64,000 nt of DNA from Promethearchaeota archaeon (lineage in GTDB: Archaea > Asgardarchaeota > Lokiarchaeia > Sigyniarchaeales > SOKP01): NCBI GenBank assembly GCA_016839745.1, contig JAEOTS010000110.1, forward strand, positions 1 to 64,000, in the 5' to 3' direction. The translations under genes and the position numbers were made by a program. The notes beneath the pieces were generated by a model. The model had not been told where the DNA came from, ran no database searches, and saw nothing but the letters and a program-made list of their open reading frames with translations. This document shows positions 46,425 to 55,502 of this stretch, one piece after another (the stretch's first letter is position 1; every line of letters starts with the position of its first letter).

Positions 46425-47329
46425 AAAAAATGGTTAAACTTATGGAAATTCCGGAAGAAGAATACATATTTCCAGGCACTAGAGCGTGTGCGGGATGTTC
46501 AATGGCATTGATATATAGAATTGCTCTTAAGGCTTTAGGACCAAAAACGATAATTACTGTTCCGGCATCGTGCTTAACCGTTCTACACGGAATGCAAGGA
46601 TTTTGCACTACTAAAGTTTCGGTACTTCACACACCGTTTGCTACTACAGGTGCTTCAGCGTCGGGAATCGTTGCTTCACTTGAAGACAAAGGTTTAGCTG
46701 ACGAAGTTAATGTGCTTGCATTCGCAGGAGATGGAGGTACCGTAGATATTGGAATTCAGAGTTTAAGTGGAGCTGTTGAAAGAGGTACTAATTTTATTTA
46801 CGCTTGTTACGATAATGAAGCATACATGAACACGGGGGTTCAAAGGAGTGGAAGCACGCCACCAGGTGCTTATAGTACTACTACTCCTAATGGTAAAAAA
46901 GGATATAAAAAAAATATGGCGAAAATTCTAGAGGCTCACGGTATTCCATATGTTGCTACAGCTATTTCTTCCTACCCTCTTGATTTATTCGAGAAATTTA
47001 AAAACGCTCAAAAAATCAATGGACCAAAATATATTCATATTCTTGCTCCATGCCCACCCGGTTGGGGGTATAATCCTAAAGATTCAATTGAGATTGGGAG
47101 ATTAGCAGTTCAGACGGGTTTCTGGCCATTATACGAAGTGATTGAAGGTAAATTCATTTTATCAAAGGATAGTCAAAGATTTTTAGATCCCTCAAAACGC
47201 AAACCTATCAGCGAATATCTAAACATCCAAAAAAGATTTAATAGTATTTCTAATGAAGATGTTAAGATACATGAAGACTATATAGAAGAACAATGGAAAC
47301 AGATTAAAAAAAGAATTGAGGACGAATAA
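46421..47329 (+). CDS. porB: 2-oxoacid:ferredoxin oxidoreductase beta subunit
   Basis: ACAGC, GDGG..DIG, YDNEAYMNTGVQRS, PCPPGW. Confidence 0.92.
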   Translation: MKKMVKLMEIPEEEYIFPGTRACAGCSMALIYRIALKALGPKTIITVPASCLTVLHGMQGFCTTKVSVLHTPFATTGASASGIVASLEDKGLADEVNVLAFAGDGGTVDIGIQSLSGAVERGTNFIYACYDNEAYMNTGVQRSGSTPPGAYSTTTPNGKKGYKKNMAKILEAHGIPYVATAISSYPLDLFEKFKNAQKINGPKYIHILAPCPPGWGYNPKDSIEIGRLAVQTGFWPLYEVIEGKFILSKDSQRFLDPSKRKPISEYLNIQKRFNSISNEDVKIHEDYIEEQWKQIKKRIEDE

Positions 47330-47450
47330 TATTAATTCTTCGCATAAGTTGTGAAATTCCCATTATCATCTTTTTCTGTTTTCTCTAACAAAGTAGTTTA
47401 GATATAGAAAAAAATATAAATTAATTAGAGTTAAAAATACTTGAATCTCT

Positions 47451-48233
47451 ATGCTAAAAACATACATTTTCGACGAAGCTAACAAAAAATGGATTGAAGA
47501 AGATAAAAGTTTACTGTACCACGATCTGTGCGCTATTTTGGATGAAGAGCGCAATATCATTTACCTATGGAATGGACCAAAAAGCTCTCAAGAAAAATTG
47601 AAAAAGGGATATGGACTGTTAGAGTCCCTAATGTCCTACTACCCAACTATAAATTTTCAACTGTTAGTATTAAAGAAAAAAGTACCAAGTCATATTCAAG
47701 AAAGGATAGATATAATGTTATATGAAATAAAGCATGAAGATAAAAAAGATTATTATAAGTTTTCCCGATTTATTTCAATAAGGTTATATCTAATTTTTTT
47801 GTTAGTTTCGATAATTTTACCTATCTTTTCTTTTGTAAACCTTATTTCTTCATTATCGTGGATAAAAATTGACGCAAATTTTGAAATTGGAGCTGAAGCA
47901 TATAACAATTGGTTATTAATTTCTTATATATTAATAGTTATATCTTTAATTTTCTTTAGTATCATTATACTTATAGGAATTATTGAAATTGAATACCAAG
48001 TTATAGTTTTTTCCTTGTTAGGGGTATTAGTTTGCGGTGGTTTAATTGCTTATTTACAGCAAGGGATATTTTTGTTTTTGTTTCAAGAGGGATCTTCTTC
48101 AATCTATTATATCAGACAAAATGATATAATTGAGTTTCTGATCGTAGTTGCATTGGGAATTATGGTTTTTGAAATACCAAATGTGATAAAACTTATCTCA
48201 TCCATAAAGATTTACAGAAAATTCGTTTTTTAA
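47451..48233 (+). CDS. Gelsolin-like domain fused to four transmembrane helices
   Basis: SLLYHDLCAILDEERNIIYLWNGPKSS.EK matches the gelsolin-repeat consensus (L...D..ILD...IY.W.G..S); four hydrophobic segments at ~aa 112-135, 154-178, 183-202, 226-245. Confidence 0.7.
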   Translation: MLKTYIFDEANKKWIEEDKSLLYHDLCAILDEERNIIYLWNGPKSSQEKLKKGYGLLESLMSYYPTINFQLLVLKKKVPSHIQERIDIMLYEIKHEDKKDYYKFSRFISIRLYLIFLLVSIILPIFSFVNLISSLSWIKIDANFEIGAEAYNNWLLISYILIVISLIFFSIIILIGIIEIEYQVIVFSLLGVLVCGGLIAYLQQGIFLFLFQEGSSSIYYIRQNDIIEFLIVVALGIMVFEIPNVIKLISSIKIYRKFVF

Positions 48234-48280
48234 AAACCTTTATTAAATTACAAATATAAGAAGATTTTCAAGATATCAAT

Positions 48281-49162
48281 ATGGCTGAAGCAGCACACAT
48301 TCTTCCAGATATGGAAAAAGAAGACTTAAGAATTTTAATGGCAATTGAAATAGGAATGAAAAGATCTGAATATGTTACAGTAAATAATATAAGATTTTAT
48401 TCCAGATATCCAATGGAAGAAACCCTGTTTCGTCTAAAAAAAGTACATAAATGGAATTTAACAATAAGAGACTCTTCCAAAAGCGAGGTGGCTTATACAC
48501 TCAATTCAATTGGTTATGATGTGCTAGGGCTTCACACTTTGGTTGAGAGGGAAATAATAGATCAATTAGGACCATTAATCGGTAAAGGGAAAGAATCAGA
48601 TGTTTATGGGTGTATGGATGACAAAAAGAACATATTCGCTTTAAAAATATATAGGATAGGTAGAACCAGTTTTAAGAATATCAAAAAGCTAAGAAGTTTT
48701 CAAGGGGAACGAAAGCACATATCTTGGTTGTATGTAAATAGACTTGCCGCTAAAAAAGAATTTGACGCTTTAAGTAAAATCTACGAACTTAAATTAGATA
48801 CCCCTAAACCAATAGGATTTAATCGACATATAATAGTAATGTCATACTTAAGAGGAAAAGAATTAGCGTTTTATCAAAATCTTAAAAATCCAAGTAAGAT
48901 TTTTAACAAGATCATCAAACAACTTAAAGTAATTTATCAAAAAGCGAACATGATCCATGGAGATCTAGGAGAATTCAATATAATAGTAGATAATAAAGGA
49001 AATATATTAATAATCGATTGGCTACAATGGATTCCGTCAGATCACCCAAACGCAAGATCAATTTTAGAAAGAGATATTGAAAATGTGTGTAACTTCTTTC
49101 AAAAGAAATACCATATAGAAAGCAACCCTGTAGAGATTATTCAATCATTTAAAAAAAAGTAA
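48281..49162 (+). CDS. rio2: RIO2 atypical Ser/Thr kinase
   Basis: N-terminal wHTH (GYDVLGL), GKGKESDVY, GRTSF, IHGDLGEFNI, IIDW.Q. Confidence 0.92.
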   Translation: MAEAAHILPDMEKEDLRILMAIEIGMKRSEYVTVNNIRFYSRYPMEETLFRLKKVHKWNLTIRDSSKSEVAYTLNSIGYDVLGLHTLVEREIIDQLGPLIGKGKESDVYGCMDDKKNIFALKIYRIGRTSFKNIKKLRSFQGERKHISWLYVNRLAAKKEFDALSKIYELKLDTPKPIGFNRHIIVMSYLRGKELAFYQNLKNPSKIFNKIIKQLKVIYQKANMIHGDLGEFNIIVDNKGNILIIDWLQWIPSDHPNARSILERDIENVCNFFQKKYHIESNPVEIIQSFKKK

Positions 49163-49297
49163 ATTTGGAATTAATGCTTATATTTGTTACTATTCTGGAT
49201 TCGTCTGGATATCCCCTCTGTTGACCTGTAACTAAAGGTCTTGATCATTGCGTATAGACAATAGTCAATTTGAATTATAAAATTTAGACATTATAAT

Positions 49298-50176
49298 TTA
49301 ACTATAATTATGGTCAGCAATAATTAATACCTGATGTTCTGGAACAAGGGGTTCACTAATTCCAATATATTTAGTTTCAATCACATTAAATCCAAATAAT
49401 TTCAGAATTTTTTTCCATCCTTCCACCCTAAGAAAATTAAGAGGTACGTTGATATCTTCATCTCCAATTACTCGATTGTAAAACCAATCAAAAAAGCTAT
49501 TAGTTATACTTATGTCATCTTCCTCAATATAGGCTTCTATAATTACTAAGCGTTTTTTGGTTATTCTCGTTGCTTCCTTCAATAGATGTTCGGGGTCACT
49601 CGCATGATGCAACACGGTATATAAAATGGTAGTATCTACTTCCTCATCCGCTAATGGTATCTTTTCCTCTGGATTATATAAGATTAATGGTAAGTCTGTA
49701 TAATTATAATCTACAATATCAACCAACACAACTTCTTTCTTAAGTTGTTTTTTTATTTCTAACGCTAAAAGCCCATTTCCTGCACCAAGATCAAGTATTT
49801 TCTCTCCTACGATGTAGTCTTCTACTAATTCAAAACTCCTTTTAACACATTCGAATGCATAAGCCTTTCGATCTTTTTCATTATCGGCACGTTTTCTGAT
49901 AAACTTTCGCAATGTTTCTTCAACTTTAATAAGAGGTATTCCTTTTTTCAGACCTATAGTTATGGTTCTGTTTACATATAACCAAAAAATATATCTTTTA
50001 AAAAAATTTAAATTAGCATTTTTCATGGTAGATAAAAATAATGACCGGATCTCATTCCAATAGTGCTTATCTTTTTTATTTTCCTTAGAAAATATTGGAT
50101 ATATGAGACTTTCCACAACATCCATATCGTTTTGATTAGCAGGTTTGTAAAATTTAATTATTTCTTCTTGAATCAT
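49298..50176 (-). CDS. Class I SAM-dependent methyltransferase
   Basis: ILDLGAGNG, VLHHASDPEHLLKEA. Confidence 0.85.
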   Translation of the reverse strand: MIQEEIIKFYKPANQNDMDVVESLIYPIFSKENKKDKHYWNEIRSLFLSTMKNANLNFFKRYIFWLYVNRTITIGLKKGIPLIKVEETLRKFIRKRADNEKDRKAYAFECVKRSFELVEDYIVGEKILDLGAGNGLLALEIKKQLKKEVVLVDIVDYNYTDLPLILYNPEEKIPLADEEVDTTILYTVLHHASDPEHLLKEATRITKKRLVIIEAYIEEDDISITNSFFDWFYNRVIGDEDINVPLNFLRVEGWKKILKLFGFNVIETKYIGISEPLVPEHQVLIIADHNYS

Positions 50177-50204
50177 TTATTTGTCATAACTATTCAATTT
50201 TTAA

Positions 50205-50251
50205 ATAAGTGAGTATTTACTCACTTATAAACTTTATGAGTAATTACTCAT
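50205..50251. promoter_or_regulatory. Twin palindromic operator sites (TGAGTA-N2-TACTCA)
   Basis: ATAAGTGAGTA-TT-TACTCACTTAT (50205-50228) and ATGAGTAATTACTCAT (50236-50251) between the divergent methyltransferase and TetR genes. Confidence 0.8.
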
Positions 50252-50265
50252 TTAATATTACTATA

Positions 50266-50880
50266 ATGTCAAGCAAAAAATTTTCACGAAATAAACAAGA
50301 AAAAATTAATCAGATTTACGGTACATTTTTTAAACTAATTTTAAAACAAGGATATCACAAAACAAGCACAAATCATGTTGCAAAATCAGCTAAGATTAGT
50401 ATTGGTACGATTTATAAATATTTTCCGAAAGGGAAAGAAGATATTATAAGAAAATATTTTGAAGAATCGATGGAAACTTTTTTGGAGAGTCAGAATTTAA
50501 GTAACATGAATGAAGAAAATATAAGAGATTATCTCAATCATTTTGTTTTAGATTTATTTAAGAATCACGAGGAAAACAAAGGATATAATCTAGCTTTTAG
50601 GTCTGCTATACAATCTGATAAAATATTGCATGATGCATACAAAGAGAAGGTTTTCAATTTTTTTAAAGATAAAGTGCAGAAATTAAGGAAGACAAATGAA
50701 AATTTTAAACAAGTATCCGAGAAAAGATTAGTCGATGTATTTATCTTCGTGTATAATCTTGTTAATGCGATTTTGTATCATCATTTATCTGTAATGGAAT
50801 TATTTGATACAGATGATAAATTTGTTGAATATCTTTCAAATTTAGTAGCTTTTTCATTGGGATATTATCTTAAAACATAA
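50266..50880 (+). CDS. TetR/AcrR family regulator (start probably ATG 50266)
   Basis: GYHKTSTNHVAKSAKISIGTIYKYF.GKEDI HTH. Confidence 0.9.
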   Translation: MSSKKFSRNKQEKINQIYGTFFKLILKQGYHKTSTNHVAKSAKISIGTIYKYFPKGKEDIIRKYFEESMETFLESQNLSNMNEENIRDYLNHFVLDLFKNHEENKGYNLAFRSAIQSDKILHDAYKEKVFNFFKDKVQKLRKTNENFKQVSEKRLVDVFIFVYNLVNAILYHHLSVMELFDTDDKFVEYLSNLVAFSLGYYLKT

Positions 50881-50891
50881 CGTAAAAGCTT

Positions 50892-51512
50892 TCAAATGTT
50901 TTCCTCAATAATATTTTTTTTATTTAGACTTCCTTGAATAAGTACATCTTCTACTTCTTCTAAATTCTCTGTCCTCAGATTGATTGTATGTGAATTCAAA
51001 TAAGTAATCACTTCCTCTAACTTTAAATGTTTCCGCAAAATTGATAATTTCAAAGCAGTCTTCTCTTTACCTACTCTAATTATTTCTTTTAACCCCTTCT
51101 TTAAATCATGTAAATTTTGGAGAGATGTGATTGAAAAAATTAGATTAAATTTGTCTTCTCTAAAAGGTAAATTTTCTATATCTCCCAAAATTAAATTAGT
51201 ATTTACTTTATTCTTAATTTTTTTTGTTTTGTTATAGAAATGCTTAAGCATTTTCCAAGAAATATCTATTCCGATATATCTTAATGTTCTACCTAAATTA
51301 TTACTATTCAAGCTAGAAATATACTCAAATAAAAGACCGGTGCCACATCCCGCATCTAAAAGAGTTTTACAATTAAAATTGGTATTTTGAAAATGAAGCT
51401 CAAACTTCTCATTTTGGATTTTCCTATATCTATCGTCGTAGAAGCTTGAAGTTGAATTATATTTCTCAACAATTATTTTTTTCTTGTCTGATTCTTCATT
51501 TAAAGGTTTCAA
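50892..51512 (-). CDS. Class I SAM-dependent methyltransferase (UbiE-like)
   Basis: LLDAGCGTG, GIDISWKML, GDIENLPF. Confidence 0.85.
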   Translation of the reverse strand: MKPLNEESDKKKIIVEKYNSTSSFYDDRYRKIQNEKFELHFQNTNFNCKTLLDAGCGTGLLFEYISSLNSNNLGRTLRYIGIDISWKMLKHFYNKTKKIKNKVNTNLILGDIENLPFREDKFNLIFSITSLQNLHDLKKGLKEIIRVGKEKTALKLSILRKHLKLEEVITYLNSHTINLRTENLEEVEDVLIQGSLNKKNIIEENI

Positions 51513-51605
51513 TATTCTTAGAAAGGTTTTAATTGAAAAAAGTTTTTCTTTAAATTATCTTTTCAATAATTATAATATAAATGTTTTTTTGAAAAAGGTT
51601 ATAAT

Positions 51606-51860
51606 ATGTCAAGTCAGAACAATAGAAATAAAAACCCATTACACATTCTACAAGCCGCACAAAACAGTGAGATATTGCTTAGGCTAAAGGATGGGACGGA
51701 ATATAGGGGTTTATTAAAAGAAATCGACGCTTATATGAATATGATTCTAGAAAATGCTACTGAGATTATGGATGGTAGCCCTGTGGCTAAGTATAATGAA
51801 ATATTTATTCGTGGTAATAATTTACTCTTTATAAAACCGGATGCTTCTCAAATCACTTAA
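51606..51860 (+). CDS. Sm-like archaeal protein (SmAP/Lsm)
   Basis: Sm1 LKDG.EYRG.L...D.YMN.IL and Sm2 IFIRGNN. Confidence 0.93.
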   Translation: MSSQNNRNKNPLHILQAAQNSEILLRLKDGTEYRGLLKEIDAYMNMILENATEIMDGSPVAKYNEIFIRGNNLLFIKPDASQIT

Positions 51861-51874
51861 ATTGAGAGCTAGTA

Positions 51875-52318
51875 TTGAATGTAAATAATTCAACGAGTTT
51901 TAATCTCATTTCAATTGTTGGTTACGGTACTTTCATTACTCGGAATCTGTGGAAAGATAAAGCTAATGTTGAGGTTTGTCTTGTAACAAATTTTACAAGG
52001 ATTTACCCTAATAATAGTTGGTTCCCTTACGTTTTAAGATCGAAAGGCTCATTTAAAGCTCTAAAGTTCGATGTTAACAAGCAAGAATTAGAAACTTTAG
52101 ATCTAATCGAAGGAGTTAAGGAAGGATTATTTGAGCGAGTAAACACAGAGATTTATCTAAAAAACAACAAGAAATCATTTGCTTTCATTTTTATTCCTAC
52201 AATTAAAACAATAAAATCTCAAAACTTATCTCTAGAATTAGATAAAAAAGATCGATGGAAAGAAGAAATATTAAAATCTGCTGAAATTATAAACAAATTT
52301 CCTGAACTGGTAACATAG
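51875..52318 (+). CDS. Gamma-glutamylcyclotransferase (AIG2-like) family protein
   Basis: VGYGT, LDLIEG...F.R. Confidence 0.75.
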   Translation: MNVNNSTSFNLISIVGYGTFITRNLWKDKANVEVCLVTNFTRIYPNNSWFPYVLRSKGSFKALKFDVNKQELETLDLIEGVKEGLFERVNTEIYLKNNKKSFAFIFIPTIKTIKSQNLSLELDKKDRWKEEILKSAEIINKFPELVT

Positions 52319-53206
52319 TTATTCTAATAGTATTGGTATTACGGAGGTATTTTTTATAATAGCGTAGGATGCTGGATTTCTAGCTCGATAATTTGCAGAA
52401 GAAAAGATAGATAATAGCTGCTTCTTGAAAAACCATTTAAAACCTTCAGGGAATAATTCATGACTCCTTATTAAGTGTTTTAACTTATTTTCTCTCATAA
52501 AGGCGTTAAAAACATCCTCTCCAAAATTTTTGATGTTTATTCCCCTAAAACTATCTGAAAAACCATTTAATTTAGATTTCGGGTCATTCCACATAATTTG
52601 CATAAGACTTTTATACGTATTTTTGAAAATTAGGTCCAAATCTCGCGTTTTTATGCCTTTTAACTTCGTTAAAATATCGTTATCTTCTGGAATCCCCCCA
52701 TGTAGGCATAATATGGACCTATTTACCAGTGCACAGATAGGGAGAACCTTATATAATGCTAAAACATCTTCAAATTTTTTCTGATCTTTAAATTTGCTTA
52801 TAAACTCTTGGTAAAAACCATAGTATTGGTTAATTTCTAATGACTCATGGTTTCCTTTAAGAAAGAAAAATCTATCTGCTTGCTGTATTTTTAACGCAAG
52901 TACTAAAATTAAACACTCTAATTGAAATGGGCCTCTATCAACGATGTCACCCAAAAATACTACAAATTTAGGATTAGTTCCTACAATAATTTCAATTAAT
53001 TTTTGCAAACTCGCCAAATTTCCATGGATATCTCCAATAACAAAAATCTCACTATTTATGTCATCAACATTTAACTCCAAAAGCAAATTTTCTTCTTTCA
53101 GAATATCTACTGCTTGCTGCAAAATCTGTGAAATGCTGTGAAATTCTAGCCCAGATATTATATATGGATTTGTAATAATTTCTTTTAATAATGAATTTTC
53201 TCTCAA
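52319..53206 (-). CDS. PPP family Ser/Thr protein phosphatase
   Basis: GDIHG, GDIVDRG, GNHE, LHGG, MWNDP, RG, RSHE, IFSSANY. Confidence 0.92.
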   Translation of the reverse strand: MRENSLLKEIITNPYIISGLEFHSISQILQQAVDILKEENLLLELNVDDINSEIFVIGDIHGNLASLQKLIEIIVGTNPKFVVFLGDIVDRGPFQLECLILVLALKIQQADRFFFLKGNHESLEINQYYGFYQEFISKFKDQKKFEDVLALYKVLPICALVNRSILCLHGGIPEDNDILTKLKGIKTRDLDLIFKNTYKSLMQIMWNDPKSKLNGFSDSFRGINIKNFGEDVFNAFMRENKLKHLIRSHELFPEGFKWFFKKQLLSIFSSANYRARNPASYAIIKNTSVIPILLE

Positions 53207-53362
53207 TTTTCGAGTATAACTCCCAGTAAATTTTTAATCTATTTCTAATACTTATTTTATAAGTTTTAAATTAATACCTTACAGTTTTATAAATAAAGGA
53301 TATGAATATAACAATAAATAGTAATAAAAAGCTATAATTGAAAGGATTTATAATTAATTTCC

Positions 53363-55348
53363 GTGAGTAATTCGTCGTCTAATAACATTCTGACTACTTT
53401 GGAAAACATCATATATGGATTCGAAAAAAAGAGTTCTATTGAGAATAAAAATTATCGTGAACGAGGAGTGACTTATACCCCTCAACCAATTGCTCATTTC
53501 ATGGTGTTGAATATTTTTAGAATCTTTTTTGACGATATTCCTGAGATAAGCAAATATTTCAGAAATATTTTTGATTATGTTGGTTTAAAACAATTAATCA
53601 CAAAAAACAGAAATTTAAGAAGTTTTTTTTGGAAAAAGATTAACAATATTAAAGTATTAGATCCATCCTGTGGTACGGGGAGATTCTTAATTAGTATTGC
53701 GAATATCCTTTTTAAGGCTTATAAAATATTTGATTCTGAATATACTGACTATGAAATTAAGAAATCTATAATTCAAAATCACATAATAGGAATAGAAATT
53801 GATAAATCTTCGTATCAAGTATCAAAATTAAGATTGATAAAGTGGCTTTACGAAGATAACCTTCTCCCATTAAATAAAACTATATCTGAATACCCACAGC
53901 TAGAAGAAATTGAAGACTTTATAAGTAGAATCGGCTTAAACTTTAATTTATTTAATCAAGAATACCTCATTGATTATGAAGGCGAGGATGTTGATATTAT
54001 AATCGGTAACCCTCCCTATGTAGAAAATAAAAAAATTCAGGATAAGGAATTCAAAAATAAAATACAAGAGAAATTTGAAGCTGCTTATAAATTGTATGAT
54101 CTCAGCGTAATTTTTATCGAAAAATCTTTAAAATTACTAAAGAGTAATGTTGGATGTCTTTCCTTTATAATGACCAATAAATTTTTATCAGCTGATTATG
54201 GTGTGAAAATAAGAGGGATACTATTACAAAATACTGAGATTAGAGAAATAATTAATATATCATCATTACCTATATTCAAAAATACGGCGGCTTATCCAAT
54301 TATATTACTCCTTAAGAAAGAAAACAATGGTGCTAATGTGATTTCAATTAAAAAATACGATTCTATTAAAAATATTAACAAGAATATCTATAAGAATATC
54401 GCTAAATTCCCTCAAAAATCAATATATAAATTTCCATCTCAAGTAATTCCTTTATCTGAAAAAATTGAATTAATTGGAGAGTTATTTTCTAAATTTAGTG
54501 TTATTTCAGAAACTTTTAAAGATTTAAAGATAATTTATAGACCTTTTGGCTTCATAGAATGGGCGAAAAACTCTAAGTATATAAGACAGAAATTTTCTTC
54601 TACTAAGGATTTGGCACTACTTAGTACTGGAAATGTTGATAGATATTTCATTAATTTTGACAAGAAAATAAAGATATCTCAAAATAGGTATCATCGTCCA
54701 TATTTCCAATATAATGAGGATTATAGGGAAATTTGGAAAGAACTCTCAAATGAAAAATTAATTTTTAGAGAAATTGCTAAAGACCTTTCTTTCGTTTATG
54801 ATCCTGGATTATTTGCCAATCTTACGGGATTATACTTTCTCAGAATCCCTTCATTAAGCACAGATCAATTATTTAGTCTACTAGCAATTTTAAACTCAAG
54901 TTTGGTTAATCATATTTTTAAAGCCCTTTATGGGACTTTACATATGTCTGGTGGTTATTTAAGAATAAACGGAAGCTTCATTAAAAGATTACCCGTTCCA
55001 AGTTATTTACCCGTTTCTCTTTCTTATCTCAGCAAAATTCTTCAATTTTTATCCCAATTGAGATATGAACTTCTTCAAAAACCAATCTTACCTTCACCTC
55101 ATAAAATAAAACTTAACGAAATTGAGAAGTATATAGAATTTTATGAAAAGATCTCTAATTCTATAGTAAATCAGCTCTATTTCGATACTCAAAATAAGGA
55201 TGGGATTATTAATGCAAAGGGTTTACCCAATATTAAATTTAAATTTATCAAATCATATTATGAATTCCCTCGATTTGAATCGTATAGTAATGAAGAATTG
55301 GTCCTAAATTTGAATAAAATTAGCTTGTTTTATGATTTAGAAAAATAA
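53363..55348 (+). CDS. N6-adenine DNA methyltransferase (gamma class, TaqI/Eco57I-like)
   Basis: G.TYTP, LDPSCGTG.F, IIGNPPY, DL...FIE; C-terminal target-recognition domain. Confidence 0.88.
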   Translation: MSNSSSNNILTTLENIIYGFEKKSSIENKNYRERGVTYTPQPIAHFMVLNIFRIFFDDIPEISKYFRNIFDYVGLKQLITKNRNLRSFFWKKINNIKVLDPSCGTGRFLISIANILFKAYKIFDSEYTDYEIKKSIIQNHIIGIEIDKSSYQVSKLRLIKWLYEDNLLPLNKTISEYPQLEEIEDFISRIGLNFNLFNQEYLIDYEGEDVDIIIGNPPYVENKKIQDKEFKNKIQEKFEAAYKLYDLSVIFIEKSLKLLKSNVGCLSFIMTNKFLSADYGVKIRGILLQNTEIREIINISSLPIFKNTAAYPIILLLKKENNGANVISIKKYDSIKNINKNIYKNIAKFPQKSIYKFPSQVIPLSEKIELIGELFSKFSVISETFKDLKIIYRPFGFIEWAKNSKYIRQKFSSTKDLALLSTGNVDRYFINFDKKIKISQNRYHRPYFQYNEDYREIWKELSNEKLIFREIAKDLSFVYDPGLFANLTGLYFLRIPSLSTDQLFSLLAILNSSLVNHIFKALYGTLHMSGGYLRINGSFIKRLPVPSYLPVSLSYLSKILQFLSQLRYELLQKPILPSPHKIKLNEIEKYIEFYEKISNSIVNQLYFDTQNKDGIINAKGLPNIKFKFIKSYYEFPRFESYSNEELVLNLNKISLFYDLEK

Positions 55349-55502
55349 TTTGAAAAAAATTAATAAACATCTCTATAACAATACAATTTAGATTTAATAA
55401 TCCAAGTTTATTATTTAAAAAATACAGAAACCTTAATAAAATTTAAAATTGAATATTAATACAACATTTAATTTAATCAAAAACTATTAAAGGATATTAA
55501 AG

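Noticed and set aside
49190-49270. Eukaryote-like SECIS on the minus strand (ATGA...GA) in the methyltransferase 3' UTR
   Set aside because: The upstream gene has no in-frame TGA and helix II pairing is poor; kept only as a generic small RNA candidate
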